Of a DNA stretch of 64,000 nucleotides, positions 38,950-55,844 are shown piece after piece (position 1 is the first letter of the stretch; each line of letters opens with the position of its first letter). A program made the position numbers and the translations under genes. The notes under the pieces were generated by a model, which searched no databases, was not told where the DNA came from, and saw only the letters and a list, made by a program, of their open reading frames with translations. The stretch covers positions 46,810,001-46,874,000 of the forward strand of contig OX597837.1 in NCBI GenBank assembly GCA_951406725.2. Direction: 5' to 3'. This DNA comes from Octopus vulgaris (Eukaryota).

Positions 38950-40849
38950 TAGGTATGCCAAACGGTTTAGATTGCACAGTACAGTATAGACCAACCCCCA
39001 CCTGACATTCTGGTAACATTGATATTGTCAGAAGGTGTAGAAATGTAGTTTCCATTCTACAGCTGAAGGCGGGAATATTCTGTAGTAAATGTAGTGTTAG
39101 TGCATGTGCGTCTATATATATAAAACTTATATATATAGGTGGAGGTTAGATGAATGAAAAGTCTCCTTAACTGAGGAGTTTCTTAATGTGTGTCATGTCT
39201 TATCCTCTCTCTATCTCCCTTCATCATTTATACTCTCAGCCCCTGGGACCACCCATGACAATTGAGCAGCATTACCATTATATCGCACCATTTTGAGGAC
39301 AATAGGTTTCCTCTTGTGTCTTTGATAACTTGTCATTTTAAAGGCAAAGAACTGCCAGAATCGTTCAGTTTGTATTTCGTTATGGTTTTGTATCATGAAT
39401 ACATGTAATTATATATGGAATTATTATCTCTGTTGGTAATAAAAAAAAAACTGATTGTAATCTTTAAATAAATAAATAAATAAAAGCGGTACCAGTTGAG
39501 TACTGGATTAAGGTAATCAGCTTGCCCACTCCCTAAAATTGCTGACCCCGTGTGCCAGAATTTGAAACCAATAATCTTATCATTTAAAACTGTGTATCAA
39601 ATATAAATTAATTACTAAAGATTGCCATTAATTGTTATGAAAAGATATTCTCAACATGATAGCAAAGACTATTAAAATATATGAAAGCAAAGTTGTAACA
39701 AAATAAAAAAAAAAAAATAATCTAAATGCTAAATGGAGTTCAGAATCACCATCTGTGTTATTGTGTTATGTCTTTTTATATAATAATTCTATACACCTTT
39801 TATATAACCTTTTCTTGTTTACAATGACTGATAGACAACTTTTATTTATTAGACTCAACCTATTTTCCTTTTTACAAATGTCCGTAATTTTATTTGACTT
39901 TAATAAACTTTCTCATGCTTAACATGTAGATTTGTAGGTCAGTGTGACTGTCTTTATCTCATTTTCTGGGTGCCTCTTCACTCAGAAAGTAAAACATATT
40001 CACACCCACACACACAACATGCAAGTGTCTCTCTCTGAATTTATATATATATATATATACTAGGTTGTCTCTTTTACTTGTTTCAGTCATTTGAATGCAG
40101 CCATGCTGGAGCACCGCCTTTAGTCGAGCAAATCGGCCCCAGGACTTATTCTTTGTAAGCCTAGTACTTATTCTGTCGGTCGCTTTTGCCGAACTGCTAA
40201 GTTACGGGGACTTAAACACACCAGCATCAGTTGTCAAGCGATGTTGGGAAGACAAGCACAGACACACCAACATATACACACGCACATACATATATATATA
40301 TCTGTATGTATGTCTTTAAAATAAAGCTGGACCTCTTCCTGTCAGGTGTCCCAGATGAACCAACTTCACGGCAGGAGGTGCAGATGAGGGCAGCTGCATC
40401 AAACTCTCTCATGCACCAAATGTCAATTGCTAAAAAGCATTTGTGAAGCAAAATCATGTAGCAACACTGAATGGCGGTGCCCCAGCATGGCCACAGCTCG
40501 TGAGCTGAAACTAGATGAAATGAAATGAAAAACAAATTAAAATATACATATATACGACGGGCTTCTTTCAGTTTCCATCCACCAAATCCACTCACAAGGC
40601 TTTCGTCGGCCTGAGGCTATAATAGAAGACACTTGCCCAAGGTGCCAGGAAACTTCTGAATGTTTTTAAGCTAAATATTTTAATATTTCATTGAACTCAC
40701 CTGAAAGGTAACACAGTTAAAACTCTGGCATTGCTTAAAGTGGTCGAGCATTTCTTCTTTGTTCCTGACTAAAAATAGATTCATCTTTCATGGAAGAAAC
40801 CTCAATTCGGCATGGCGCAGCGTGAAGAACAAACGGTTGCCCTTTATTG

Positions 40850-41300
40850 ACATTTGAAATAGATAACTAAAAATTTCATATTCGCGTAGTAATACTATTC
40901 TTTTTTTTTTAAAAAAAGGAGAAAATGCTACAAAGAGTTGCTAAAATATTTGTGAAGTTTGTAGCCAAAGATAAAAACAACTGTTTGAAGGTGGTTTGCA
41001 AGATTTAAAGCTGGAGAGTTTAGCTTGGAAGATGACAGTTGCAGTGGAAGACCTTCAGAATTGGATGAAGATGTTTTGAAGGCAAAAATCGGAGAAAACT
41101 CAAATATCACAACTACAGACCTTGCAGAGGAGTTGGCAGTTTCTAAAAGTATGGCTCATGAACACCTTGTGAAGCTAAGATACATTTCAAGATTTATTAG
41201 AAGCAATATCATGAGGTTTGGTAAAGGAAAACTTAAAACAAGATATTGGCTGATAATTAAGGGGGTCGTCCACTGGCAGACCATTGATAATGAAACAGGG
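40850..41300 (+). mobile_element. Mariner transposase N-terminal fragment
   Basis: WFARFKAGEFSLEDDSCSGRPSELDEDVLKAKIGENSNITTTDLAEELAVSKS (HTH region). Confidence 0.8.
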
Positions 41301-42064
41301 GAAAGTTTTATCATGTAGTACTATAGTTAAATATATTAAACAATGTTGCTATATTGTATACAACTAAAGTTTAGGGTTATTCAGAGGTTTATTAAGAAGA
41401 ATATTATAACAAAAGGATAGAAATTTATGAATTTAATTAAATTCTATGTCTTTGTGCAGCTGAAGATTGCTTGCATTTTAAATTGATGTAATGATTGCAT
41501 TATTCAATTAAATATCTTCATCATAATTTAATGTCTGTTTTCCATGCTAGCATGGGTTGCTATGGAGACTGCACCAGGCTCCAGTCTGGTTTGGCAGTTT
41601 TTCTACAACTGGATGCCCTTCCTAATGCCAACTCTGTGAGTGTAGTGAGTGATTTTTACGTGCCACCGGCACAGGGTCCAGAGGGGGCTGGCAAACGGCC
41701 ATGATCGGTTGGTGCTTTTATGTGTCACCAACACGGACGCCAGTCAAGCAGCGCTGGCATCTGCCACGTTCAGACGGTGCTTTTTATGTGTCACCGGTAC
41801 AGGTATCCTAACTACAATTTCCATACGATTTTTATTTTGATGTTGATGAACTTGACACAATTAGTCTCCTCAAGCACGGCAGGCCGTCCTGTGAACCATG
41901 AACTCACTTCATCATTTAACGTCCATGTCGGGTCTTCAAAGTCACAGCATATCTCCAGAAGTCTTGGTCTTTTGTCATAGCCTCTGTGAGGCTCAACGTA
42001 CGAAGGACATGCTTGACCACCTCGTCCCATGTCATCCTGGGTCTAACTCTACCCCAAATTCCTT

Positions 42065-45750
<3,686 letters not shown>

Positions 45751-46571
45751 CTCTGACACTGTCCTCCATCAGTTTGGTGATGCAGTCAGTAAGACCGACT
45801 GGATGGTAAAAGATTGGTGATGTGCAGTTACCATTTTCGAACAGGGGAATGATGCTGGCAATTTTCCTCTGCTCTCTTTTGTGATGACCAACTTCTCAAG
45901 ATTGGTTCTGTGACAATTTAATGACACAACCACAGGCACAAACCTAAAATTATAGTTTGGTGTTTAATATCTACAGATTTTATGCCGGTTCAGCGGAAAT
46001 GTTTTCTTTCTGATTTCTCCTACTGTGCACGCTTTCATTTCTGTGTCGTAAATTATGTCTGGGTATTCCTACATTTTACAAAAGTTTCGACAAAAGCATT
46101 CCTTCGGTACTCTTCCACATTAGCTAGATACTTACCCGAATCTTCAAGTATAACTTTTATATCTTGATCTCTATATACAATAATTTCTGTAGATTGCATT
46201 GTAATATTCTGAATACGACACAAACTGGAATGTGTATATTTATATGGCAAATTGTATGTGTGTGAATGAATGCGCGTCAGTTTGTCTCTGTTTATGTATG
46301 AAGGGAAATGAATGTCCCAGTGTAAATGCACCTTATGTCTTGTTGATTTGGTGACCCAGTTATTTGTCAAACCAACTCAACTCGCATGTGTTGTACACAT
46401 GTTAGTCAAATTCATAAAGAACACGCATTAGACATGTTGCCTCTAACATACAATATGTATATGCAAACATGCAAGTACACACATGCAAGTACACACATAC
46501 ACATACACATGTATACATATATGTGCAAGTGTGTGTGTGTATGCATATTCACATGCACACATACACAAATG

Positions 46572-46646
<75 letters not shown>

Positions 46647-47183
46647 GCACAAAGGTGTGTATGTGTATACATATATGTGTGTGTTTTTATGTGTATATAC
46701 AAGTATATCCATGCATATATATATATGCAAATATATCTTGATACACACAGACACACATAACTTTTACCTTGTTCCAGTCATTAGACTGCAGCCATGCTGG
46801 AGCACTCCCTTGTAGTGTTTCCTTGAACAAATTGGCCCATTATTCTATTGGTCTTTTTTGCCAAGCTGCTAAGTTATGGGGTAGCAAACAAACCAAGACT
46901 AGCCACCATGTAGTCAAATACACCACACACACATGTTGGGCTTCCACATAGTTTCTTTCTACCAAATTCACTTGTGAGGCATTGGTCAGCCTGGGGCTAT
47001 AGTAGAAGGCACTTGCCTAAGGTGCCATGCAATGGAACTGAACCGAAGACCACATGGTTGCAAAGTTACCTTCTTAACCACACAGCAATGTTTATCTGTG
47101 TCTACAGGCAATGCACACGAACATGTGTGTGTGTGTGTCTGTGTGTGTGTGTGTGCATGTGTCTGCTTCTTGTCATCATTTAA

Positions 47184-47404
47184 CCCTTTCATTACTGTAT
47201 TTATTTTGGGATGTTTTGTGTTTCTTTCAATTACTTTAAATATAACAAAGAATTTAGTAAAATAACTTAGTTATCATTAAACTAGTGATAGGAACATAAA
47301 TTGTGACTAAGGTTTGGTGGAAGATTTTAATTCAAAACTTATGAAAACAAGACATTAATACTACAGAGCCAGAGTCGGTTTCAGCTGGGTTGGTAACGAA
47401 AGGG
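47184..47404. mobile_element. piggyBac-like MITE
   Basis: TTAA|CCCTTTCATTAC...GTAACGAAAGGG|TTAT. Confidence 0.7.
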
Positions 47405-47627
47405 TTATGTCATTTTCCCTGCTGGCATGGGTCAGACAGTTTGAGATGAGGTGGTAAGGTCGGGAGCAGTTACAGGTTCTATGGTCTGTTTTCACATGGC
47501 TTCTACAGCTGGATGCCCTTCCTAACGCCAACCACCCCGTGAGTGTAGTGGGTGCTTTTTACGTGCCACCGGCACGGGGACCAGACGAAGCTGGCCATGG
47601 TCGGATTGTGCTTTTTACGTGCCACAA

Positions 47628-47667
<40 letters not shown>

Positions 47668-49299
47668 AGAAGTGGCTGTGTGGTAAGTAGCTGGTTTACC
47701 AACCACATGGTTCTGGGTTCATTCCACCTGCATGGCACCTTGGGCAAGTGTCTTCTATATCCTCTGGCTGACCAAAGCCTTGTGAGTGGATTTGGTAGAT
47801 GGAAACTGAAAGAAGCCCATCAAATATATGTATATATGTGTGTGTATCTGTGTTTGTTCCCCCAACATCGCTTGACAACCGATGGTGGTGTGTTTACGTC
47901 CCTGTAACTTAGTGGTTTGGCAACAGAGAGCTAATAGAATAAATACTAGGCTTACAAAGATTAAGTCCTGGGGTCGATTTGCTCAACTAAAGGCGGTGCT
48001 CCAGCATGGCCACAGTCAAATGACTGAAACAAGTAAAAGAGTATACACACGCACTTTCATATAGTAGTGTGTGTGTGTGTGTGTGTGTGTGTGAGGATAT
48101 CCCCCACCACTGCTTGGCAACCGGTATTGTTGAGTTTACGTCCCCGTAACTTAGCGGTTTGGCAAAAAGGATCTGATAGAATAAGTACCAAGCTTGAAAT
48201 AAAAGTCCTGGGGTTGATTTCTTTGACTAAAATTCTTCAAGGCAGTGCTCCAGTATGGCCATAGTCTGATGACTGAAACAAATAAAAGATGTAATTTGAA
48301 AAAGATTTGTTTACTATTTCTCGCAGTCCAGGCGACCACCACTCCTCTCCCTGCAATCCCAGGGTTTACGTGGAATGGGAAAACAATTTTCTGTTTAACT
48401 CTTGAGTAACCTCTCCAAATGACTAACTACATCAAGGAGTGTCACTAATTCTGGTAATTTCTCTAAAATGGTTTAATGGTATGTTTTTTTTCCATAATAA
48501 TGATATTCGGTTGTTTGTTTCATTATGTTTTTTTTCTCTTTTTATCTTGTTTTCTTTTTTATCTTTGTTGTTGCCATTGTTGTTAGATAACAAATAACTC
48601 ACTCTCACCCAGAAAGAGTGATTAACATTTTTCGTGGTGACAAATAGAGTTCAAATATTTGTTAGTGTAGTAACCTTGGTATTGGTGGTGGTGGTGGCTT
48701 TAGTAATGGGTAGAGGAAGAGGGGAAGAACACACACACACACTCGCATAATGATTGGGGTGGACACATTGAGAGAGTACATTTGTGTGGTTTGATTGGGT
48801 GTTGAGAAAAACAAAATTTAAAAGAAAAACTCGGTGGGAAACGATTCCTTTGTTATTTGATGGAATAAACAATAAAAAGACTTTTGGTACATTAAACTTA
48901 TCTAAATGTGTGGAGTTTGTAATTATTTCTAGAGTCTTGGTTTGTAAAGTGGATGAGAAGTGAATGGAGTTTGTAACTCCTGTTTTATAGTTTATTTTCA
49001 TTATGCATGCAGACACACGCTCCACACACACACTTCTTCATTAGTAGTACTTGTACTAATACTGCATTTATTTTGAAAACTGTAAGATGGTGATAAAGTT
49101 ATAAAGGATTATAAGGTATTTGATTTCTGTTGAAATTATGTGTGTGTGTTATTTTGGGCATTTTTCTGAAGCCAAAACAATGCAATTGTTTAATACTATT
49201 ATCTGAGGTTTCAATATTTCAGGGTTAGGACCCCTTTAGGGAATCTATGAAGAAAAGGTGTTGATAGACATCAACGACCAACACTTTTGTCTCTAAATA

Positions 49300-49914
49300 T
49301 TGCAGATTACTGGCAATCCCAAAGAATGTGCAGAAATCATTGCTGGATGCTATGCAGGCATCTTTACTGTCGAAGATCAAAATGTTCCATCTCCATCACC
49401 TCTGACCCCGGACTCTATAACTACTATGAAATTTACACCAGCAATGCTACAACGCCACCTTAAGAATAAACGTAGCTATGCCTCTCCTGGTCTTGATGGT
49501 GTTACATACCTACTTCTCAAACGCAGTGGGTACATTCTTCTAAACCAACTTTCACTATTCTTCCAATTCTATCTTGACAATGGTGTTACTCCAGAACAGT
49601 GGAAAATTGCCAGTGTTATCCCTCTGTTCAAAAAAGGTGACCGCGCATTGCCTGTCAACTATCGTCCCGTTAGTCTTACTGTCTGCATCGCCAAACTGAT
49701 GGAATCCTGTGTCAGGGAAACCCTCTGGAACTTCTGGAAGTCTCACAGCCTCATCCAGCCGTCACAATTCGGATTTATTCCTAACTCCAGCTGCTGTAAT
49801 CAACTCATCGAGTTTCTTGAGGACGTTACCCGAATCACTGATCACGGATCCTGGGTGGATGTTGTTTACCTGGACTTTGCTATGGCTTTTAATTCTGTGC
49901 CACACAAAAGATGA
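49300..49914 (+). mobile_element. CR1-clade LINE reverse transcriptase fragment
   Basis: SPGLDG, WKIASVIPLFKKGD, NYRPVSLT, QFGF, VDVVYLDFAMAFNSVPH. A short related remnant lies at ~45760-45870 on -. Confidence 0.92.
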
Positions 49915-51914
49915 TCACACACTACACACCTTCCTTCCAACCGCTGCTGTAAAAAGCAGAAGTGAGCTAGAATGTTAAAACTTAGTGTGCATGTACAGCA
50001 GAGGTCAGTCTGGGTCAAGTGGCTTCACTCTGCATGCTTTAGCTTCGTTACTATGGCAACAGTCTGGATACTTATTGGTCAGATCTCATTATTTCCATTC
50101 CTCCATTTTGTCATTACAAATATGTTCCTTTCAGTAAGCACCCCCTCTCTCTCTCTCTCTCTCTCTATGCCTCTCTCTTTAACTGTCCAGTTGACCAAAT
50201 GATAACATTCTCTTTCTCCTACCTCTCACCACTACCACACTCCTTATTACTCTTCCCTTTTAGTCCCTTTCTTCAACAAACCATTTAACCTCATCACATT
50301 ACGGAATTCCCTTTCATTTACCTCTTACTGCTACCACATTCCCCTCTGTTAAATACTCTCCTTTCTCTCTTTGCCTCTCCCTTCATCTAACCCCTTCAGC
50401 TCAATATTCATAAGGGTCACTAAGCATCTTGATATTACAGCTAATATTCTATCACCAAAATTCTTCCCCTGCCGTCTGTTTGAGGTGTAATATCAAGGCT
50501 CACACTTGTACTTCATCCATGCTTTATATACAATACTTTGTGTATTCATACCTGATTTTCCTCTGTTACTTCTTCAAACATTGGATTTTTACTTGGCAAA
50601 GCCAGGGAATGAAGGACAGTGGCCATAATTCAGGGCTTCACTGGTCAGAAGAAAGGAGGAAATTCCTCATGTCAGAGACCTGGTTCAAATGATTGCAACA
50701 AAGTGAACTCTGTTAAAGGCGCCCAAAGGCCAGATGGACATTTCATCCTTTTGGCATTCAAATTATTCCATCAAATGTTATGATTATTTATTCACATACT
50801 TCTTTATTAATTATGTGTTATCTTGTAGCTTTGGGATTTCAATGAAGTGATTGTTTATTTGTTAGAATGACTTCTTAGGATTGATAAGAAAGGCCAAATC
50901 TGGCAAGTTTGAACATAAACTAGGAAGGCCATTTGGGCCAAATATGGCTGGTTTAAATATGGCTGAAACAAGACAGAATTACAAGGAATTACATGAGTCT
51001 AGTATAGCTGACCATTGTTAATTCAGTGTTGATTTCATTCATTGTCTCAACAAACTTTCTCAAAAAATTGAAATTCTTGGAGGTTTAATGAAAAAAAAAA
51101 AAACCCCCAAAAAAAACAACAGCTTAATTGTTAAAAAATAGTGGTTTGCTGTTAATTCATTACAAATGAAGTCATTGCTGAACCAACTCATCGTCAAACC
51201 ATTTTATTACTGAGAGACTAATTAACAAATTACAAATCAATTAATTACCAATTTGTACTAATTGCCAACTTAAACCCAGCAAGTTTAGTTCTTATTAAGC
51301 TCCAGTGCTGTGAACTTCAGCATGTATCATTAATTAACTCCTAGCTGCTTAAGCTTTCACTATTGAAGCCCTTCACAATGAAGAGTGTTGTGAAGCAAAG
51401 AGAAGGTTTAACATAATGGTTGTTTATTTTCAATAAATTTAGCAAAGCTAACACTGACTTAATGTTTTGGCACTGCAAACAATAAGTTGACTGATGTAAA
51501 GCCAAAACTAACAAATGATTTAGTGACATGTATTCATAAATCACCACATAGACACACTGCACTTTATTAAGAGTGAAAGGTTTGATTTCAAAAACTATTT
51601 AATATCTTTGTGGTATTTCCTGTAAATTAAAATAGGTTGTTTCTTTTTCTGTTTTTGCAATATATTTCAGCAAAGAAGTTCACTTCCCAACCACATGGTT
51701 CTGGGTTCAATCCTACTGTGTCGCACCTTGGACAAGTGTCCCATGGCTTTGTGAGTGAATTTGGTAGATGGAAACTAAAAAAAGCCCACACATGCAGGCA
51801 TAGCTGTGTGGTAAGACTTTTGTTTCTCAACCACATGGTCCCAGATTCAGTCTCACTGCATGACACCTTGGGCAAGTGTCTTCTACCATAGCCTCAGGCC
51901 AACCAAAGCCTTCA

Positions 51915-52345
51915 TCATCATCATCATCATCATCGTTTAACGTCCGTTTTTCATGCTAGCATGGGTTGAACGGTTCGACCGGGGATCTGGGAAGCCAGGT
52001 GGCTGCACCAGGCCCAGTCTTATCTGGCAATGTTTCTACAGCTGGATGCTTTTCCTAACGCCAACCACTCCGTGAGTGTAGTGGGTGCTTTTTACGTGCC
52101 AGGGGAGGCTGGCAATGTCCATGATCGGTTGGTGTTTTTTACGTGCGATCGGCACAGAAGCCAGTCAAGGTGGTGCTGGCATCGGCCACGTACGGATGGT
52201 GCTTTTTAGGTGCCAGGGTAAGTGGACAACTGCTACAATCGGTTGGTGCTTTTTATGTGCCACCGACATGGAAGCCAGTCAAGGCAGTGCTGGTATTGGC
52301 TACGTACAGATGGTGCTTTTTACATGCCAATGGCACAGGTGTACA
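51915..52345 (-). mobile_element. SINE with RTE-type (TGA)n tail and internal ~50-60-bp tandem units (copies ~10950, 11700, 22705, 26545, 41520, 47410)
   Basis: (CAT)n-CGTTTAACGTCCGTTTT...CTACAGCTGGATGC...GGTGCTTTTTACGTGCCA recurs across the window. Confidence 0.7.
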
Positions 52346-53914
52346 TTAAATAATGTAAACTTGGTGGCTATGACTGGAATGTCTTTGACCATGGGCCTGT
52401 CCAATCATGTTGGACCTTTAGGGCTAAACAACATGTCACAGGGCAGAGAAGAAAATTTTTATTGTCACTCTGTACCACATAATAATTAACCGTGTTGTCG
52501 TTTGGCATTATGTAATAATTAACCATAGAATTGACAGAGTTGTTAGAACACCCAGGTAGAATGTCTTATAGTATTTGCTCCAGTTTGCTGCATTCTGGGC
52601 TGAAATCTCATCGATTAACTTTGTCTGCCATCTTTTTGGGGATTGATAAAATACCAGAACTTTCTAGGAGTTTCTTCCTCCTTTTCACACTTTATCTCTC
52701 TTTCTTTCTGCAAGAAATCATCTGGGTTCAGTCCTGGAAAAGGATGGTTTAATATTCTCAAGACGCATCATATGTCATGACTGACATCTTATCTACAACT
52801 TCATTAGGAACTAAGGGCCCAAGGAAGGAAAGAAGTACCTGCAGTCTGGGCCTTCACCTAGGTGGAGATAGAGCACAGAAGCAGCTGTAGATATATGAAT
52901 TGTCATTAGTTATTTGGTTGATCACCTATGTACCTTATACCTACTTCATCTCCAGTTACATGACAATAACACCACCAAATTCCAGTTAATTATATTACTC
53001 TGTACTACCAAACATACTTACGTATACAACCCAATACTACTAGTAAACAGCACGTGGACTAATGACTTCTCAACCCATTTCCCATTGGTTCAGTCACCCA
53101 TGATCACATTTTTAGAGCAACCAACTATATTAATTGTTGACTGGTTGCTATAGAAACCTTATTTGCACCAGTGAAATACTATAACCATTAAAACAAGATT
53201 TGATGGACACGGATATAAGATAAAATTCCATTGACCCACATACACAGTCACTCATTCTTGCACACACACACACACACACAGTCACTCATTCTTGCACGCA
53301 TACACACACACACCAACATACACAGTCACTCATTCTTGCGTGTGCACACACACACACACCAACATATGCACACACACACACACACACACACACCAAACAT
53401 ACACACACAGTCACTCATTCTGACACGTACACCTTACCCTTCCATACTGCTTTGTTGTTGAATAGCCAGCATTCTGCTGGTCCGTATATCTCTTACATAG
53501 TAATAAATTATTTAATTCCTTTTGTATAATTTTCTATAGAAAATTATGCAATGTGCTGAACATAGAAATAAGTTGAAGTTGACATACATAATATATGTGT
53601 GCATGCATGTGTGTGTGTGTGTGTGTATTCATTATTAGGAACGGCTGCAATATTGGTTCTGAACAGCATTTTGTATAGCTTACTTAATGTGGATATACTT
53701 TTGAAGACCACAAAAATACAGTATCCATTTTGAGAAAGCCTCTCTCGTTGGCATTAAGTTTTCAGAAGCACTGAGGTGTATCACAAGCAGGTAAAAAGCA
53801 TCTGGTAGCAATGGTGGAATTGCTCAATCATGATTTGTGTGTCTTTGCACATTATTCGGAGCAAATATCTACTACCAACTGCATGCTTTGCCAAGTGTCA
53901 CTTCTATTGATATA

Positions 53915-54170
53915 ATCATCATCATTGTTCGACCGTGGTTGAAACAATGGAATTTGCTATGTTACGCCAGACTTCATGGTCCATCATAGCATTATGGAGA
54001 TCCTGTTGCTGGATGCCTGTATCCCTGGAGATTACATCAGGGTAGGAGAGTGTGCACCCCCTGGTATCACGAGCAGGTGGCTTCCAAAGGAGAAGAGTAG
54101 AAATTACCTCGTTTTCAGCTCTACAACAATGTCCAGCAAACTGGACTCTCCTACCTTTCACAAGAGATGA
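53915..54170 (-). mobile_element. RTE-like LINE 3' end with (TGA)n tail; sister copies at 28222-28445 (+) and 38678-38853 (+)
   Basis: RRVQFAGHCCRAENEVISTLLLWKP...LSYPDVISRDTG...AMMDHEVWR. Three near-identical 5'-truncated copies. Confidence 0.8.
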
Positions 54171-54250
54171 CACAGGTAGTATAAAACAAACAGTGATTAA
54201 CATGTCTAAGCATGCTGTTGATAGTGTGCTGGAACAAAAACAATTGCAGT

Positions 54251-54512
54251 GTTGAAGGTGTTTATAAGCCAATTGAAAACACACAAAAACCGTTCGATTC
54301 ACTTCAACATTTAAGTTTAATTTGTCAAAATATTTTCGTCGCTTTGAGACCGCGACCTGTTCACTGACAAAACTTTGTGCTGCACGAAGTTTTGTCAGTG
54401 AACAGGTCGCGGTCTCAAAGCGACGAAAATATTTTGACAAATTAAACTTAAATGTTGAAGTGAATCTAATGGTCTTTGTGTGTTTCTTAAATGGCTTGTA
54501 AACACCTTCCAC

Positions 54513-54513
<1 letters not shown>
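54251..54513. repeat. ~260-bp palindrome carrying mirrored hammerhead-like motifs
   Basis: Inner arms are almost perfectly complementary around ~54381. Confidence 0.92.
54391..54441 (+). ncRNA. Hammerhead-like motif with G3-C8 swapped core (identical mirror copy at 54321-54371 on -)
   Basis: TTTGTCA-GTGAACA-G-GTCGC(GGTCTCAAA)GCGAC-GAAA-ATAT-TT-TGACAAA. 7-bp stem I, 5-bp stem II, palindromic stem III. Confidence 0.62.
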
Positions 54514-54567
<54 letters not shown>

Positions 54568-54727
54568 AGGGTAGAAATTGATATTAATCAATTAAAACCA
54601 GTAGATTAGCATATTTAAAAAATCCAAAGATTAAAAATGATAATACATACAAAATTAAGAGGAATGTCTATCAAAAGTGGTCATATTAGGAGTCCACTTT
54701 GGTGGTCATTCCTCTTAATTTTGTATG

Positions 54728-54766
<39 letters not shown>

Positions 54767-54832
54767 CTAACTTTTATAGATTAAGGTACCTACCTCTAAA
54801 GTTGGAATTAAACATGTTGTTGAATATTCTAA

Positions 54833-55039
<207 letters not shown>

Positions 55040-55043
55040 TAGT

Positions 55044-55093
55044 CACTGCTGACGAGCCTTCAATTTTACAGGCAAAACTAATCTAGTCCAGGG
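55044..55093 (+). ncRNA. Hammerhead with G12A substitution in SH2D4 intron
   Basis: CTG-CTGACGA-GCCT...AGGC-AAAA-CTAATCTAG-TC-CAG. Confidence 0.65.
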
Positions 55094-55808
55094 ATCTAGC
55101 TTCACTTATGAGGTGGTTATCTCCCCTGTCAGTATATGAAAATGTGCTTTTTTCCAGTTCTAAGGGTTTTAACTCTTATTTATAGCAATGTATGTGCTGC
55201 TCAGCACCCTCAGTCACAATTAGTGTTGATTGAACATTTCCATTTTGGTTTTATATATATATATATATATATAAGGACAGCACAGCAATACTCAACAACT
55301 CATGATGTTGTGCATTGCTGTCTGGGAGATATCTTATGGTAGTAGAATAGTATTTTAACTGCTATTTCTAAATTTTGGTATCTGGTGAAGCAAATTTTGC
55401 TGAACCCTAATTATAATTATGCTCATAATTATAGAATTTTTGTATAAGTTTACCAATAATGGTTCTTTTAACATACCAAACTACTTGGTAAAATTATTAA
55501 TTATTAATTGATTAATTAATTTTACCCTTTATTATATATATATATATATTTGTGTATTAAGTCTAAAATTGGTTTCATGTCAACGAATACCTTAAACAGT
55601 TATCAAGTTTATCATATGGAACATCAGCATTCATCTCCATTTTGTTTTTACCCAAAATGGAGATGAACACCAATGTTCCCTGTGATCGGTTTGATAATTG
55701 TAAAGATATCCGTTAGCATGGAACCAATGGTAGCCTTCATACACAGATAAAGAATCTTTATCTACCAATGCAGTATTGAGCACTCATTCTCATTGTTCGA
55801 TATATATA

Positions 55809-55844
<36 letters not shown>

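Noticed and set aside
53922-54512. 196-aa ORF on the minus strand
   Set aside because: Chance fusion of the palindrome with a LINE 3' end.
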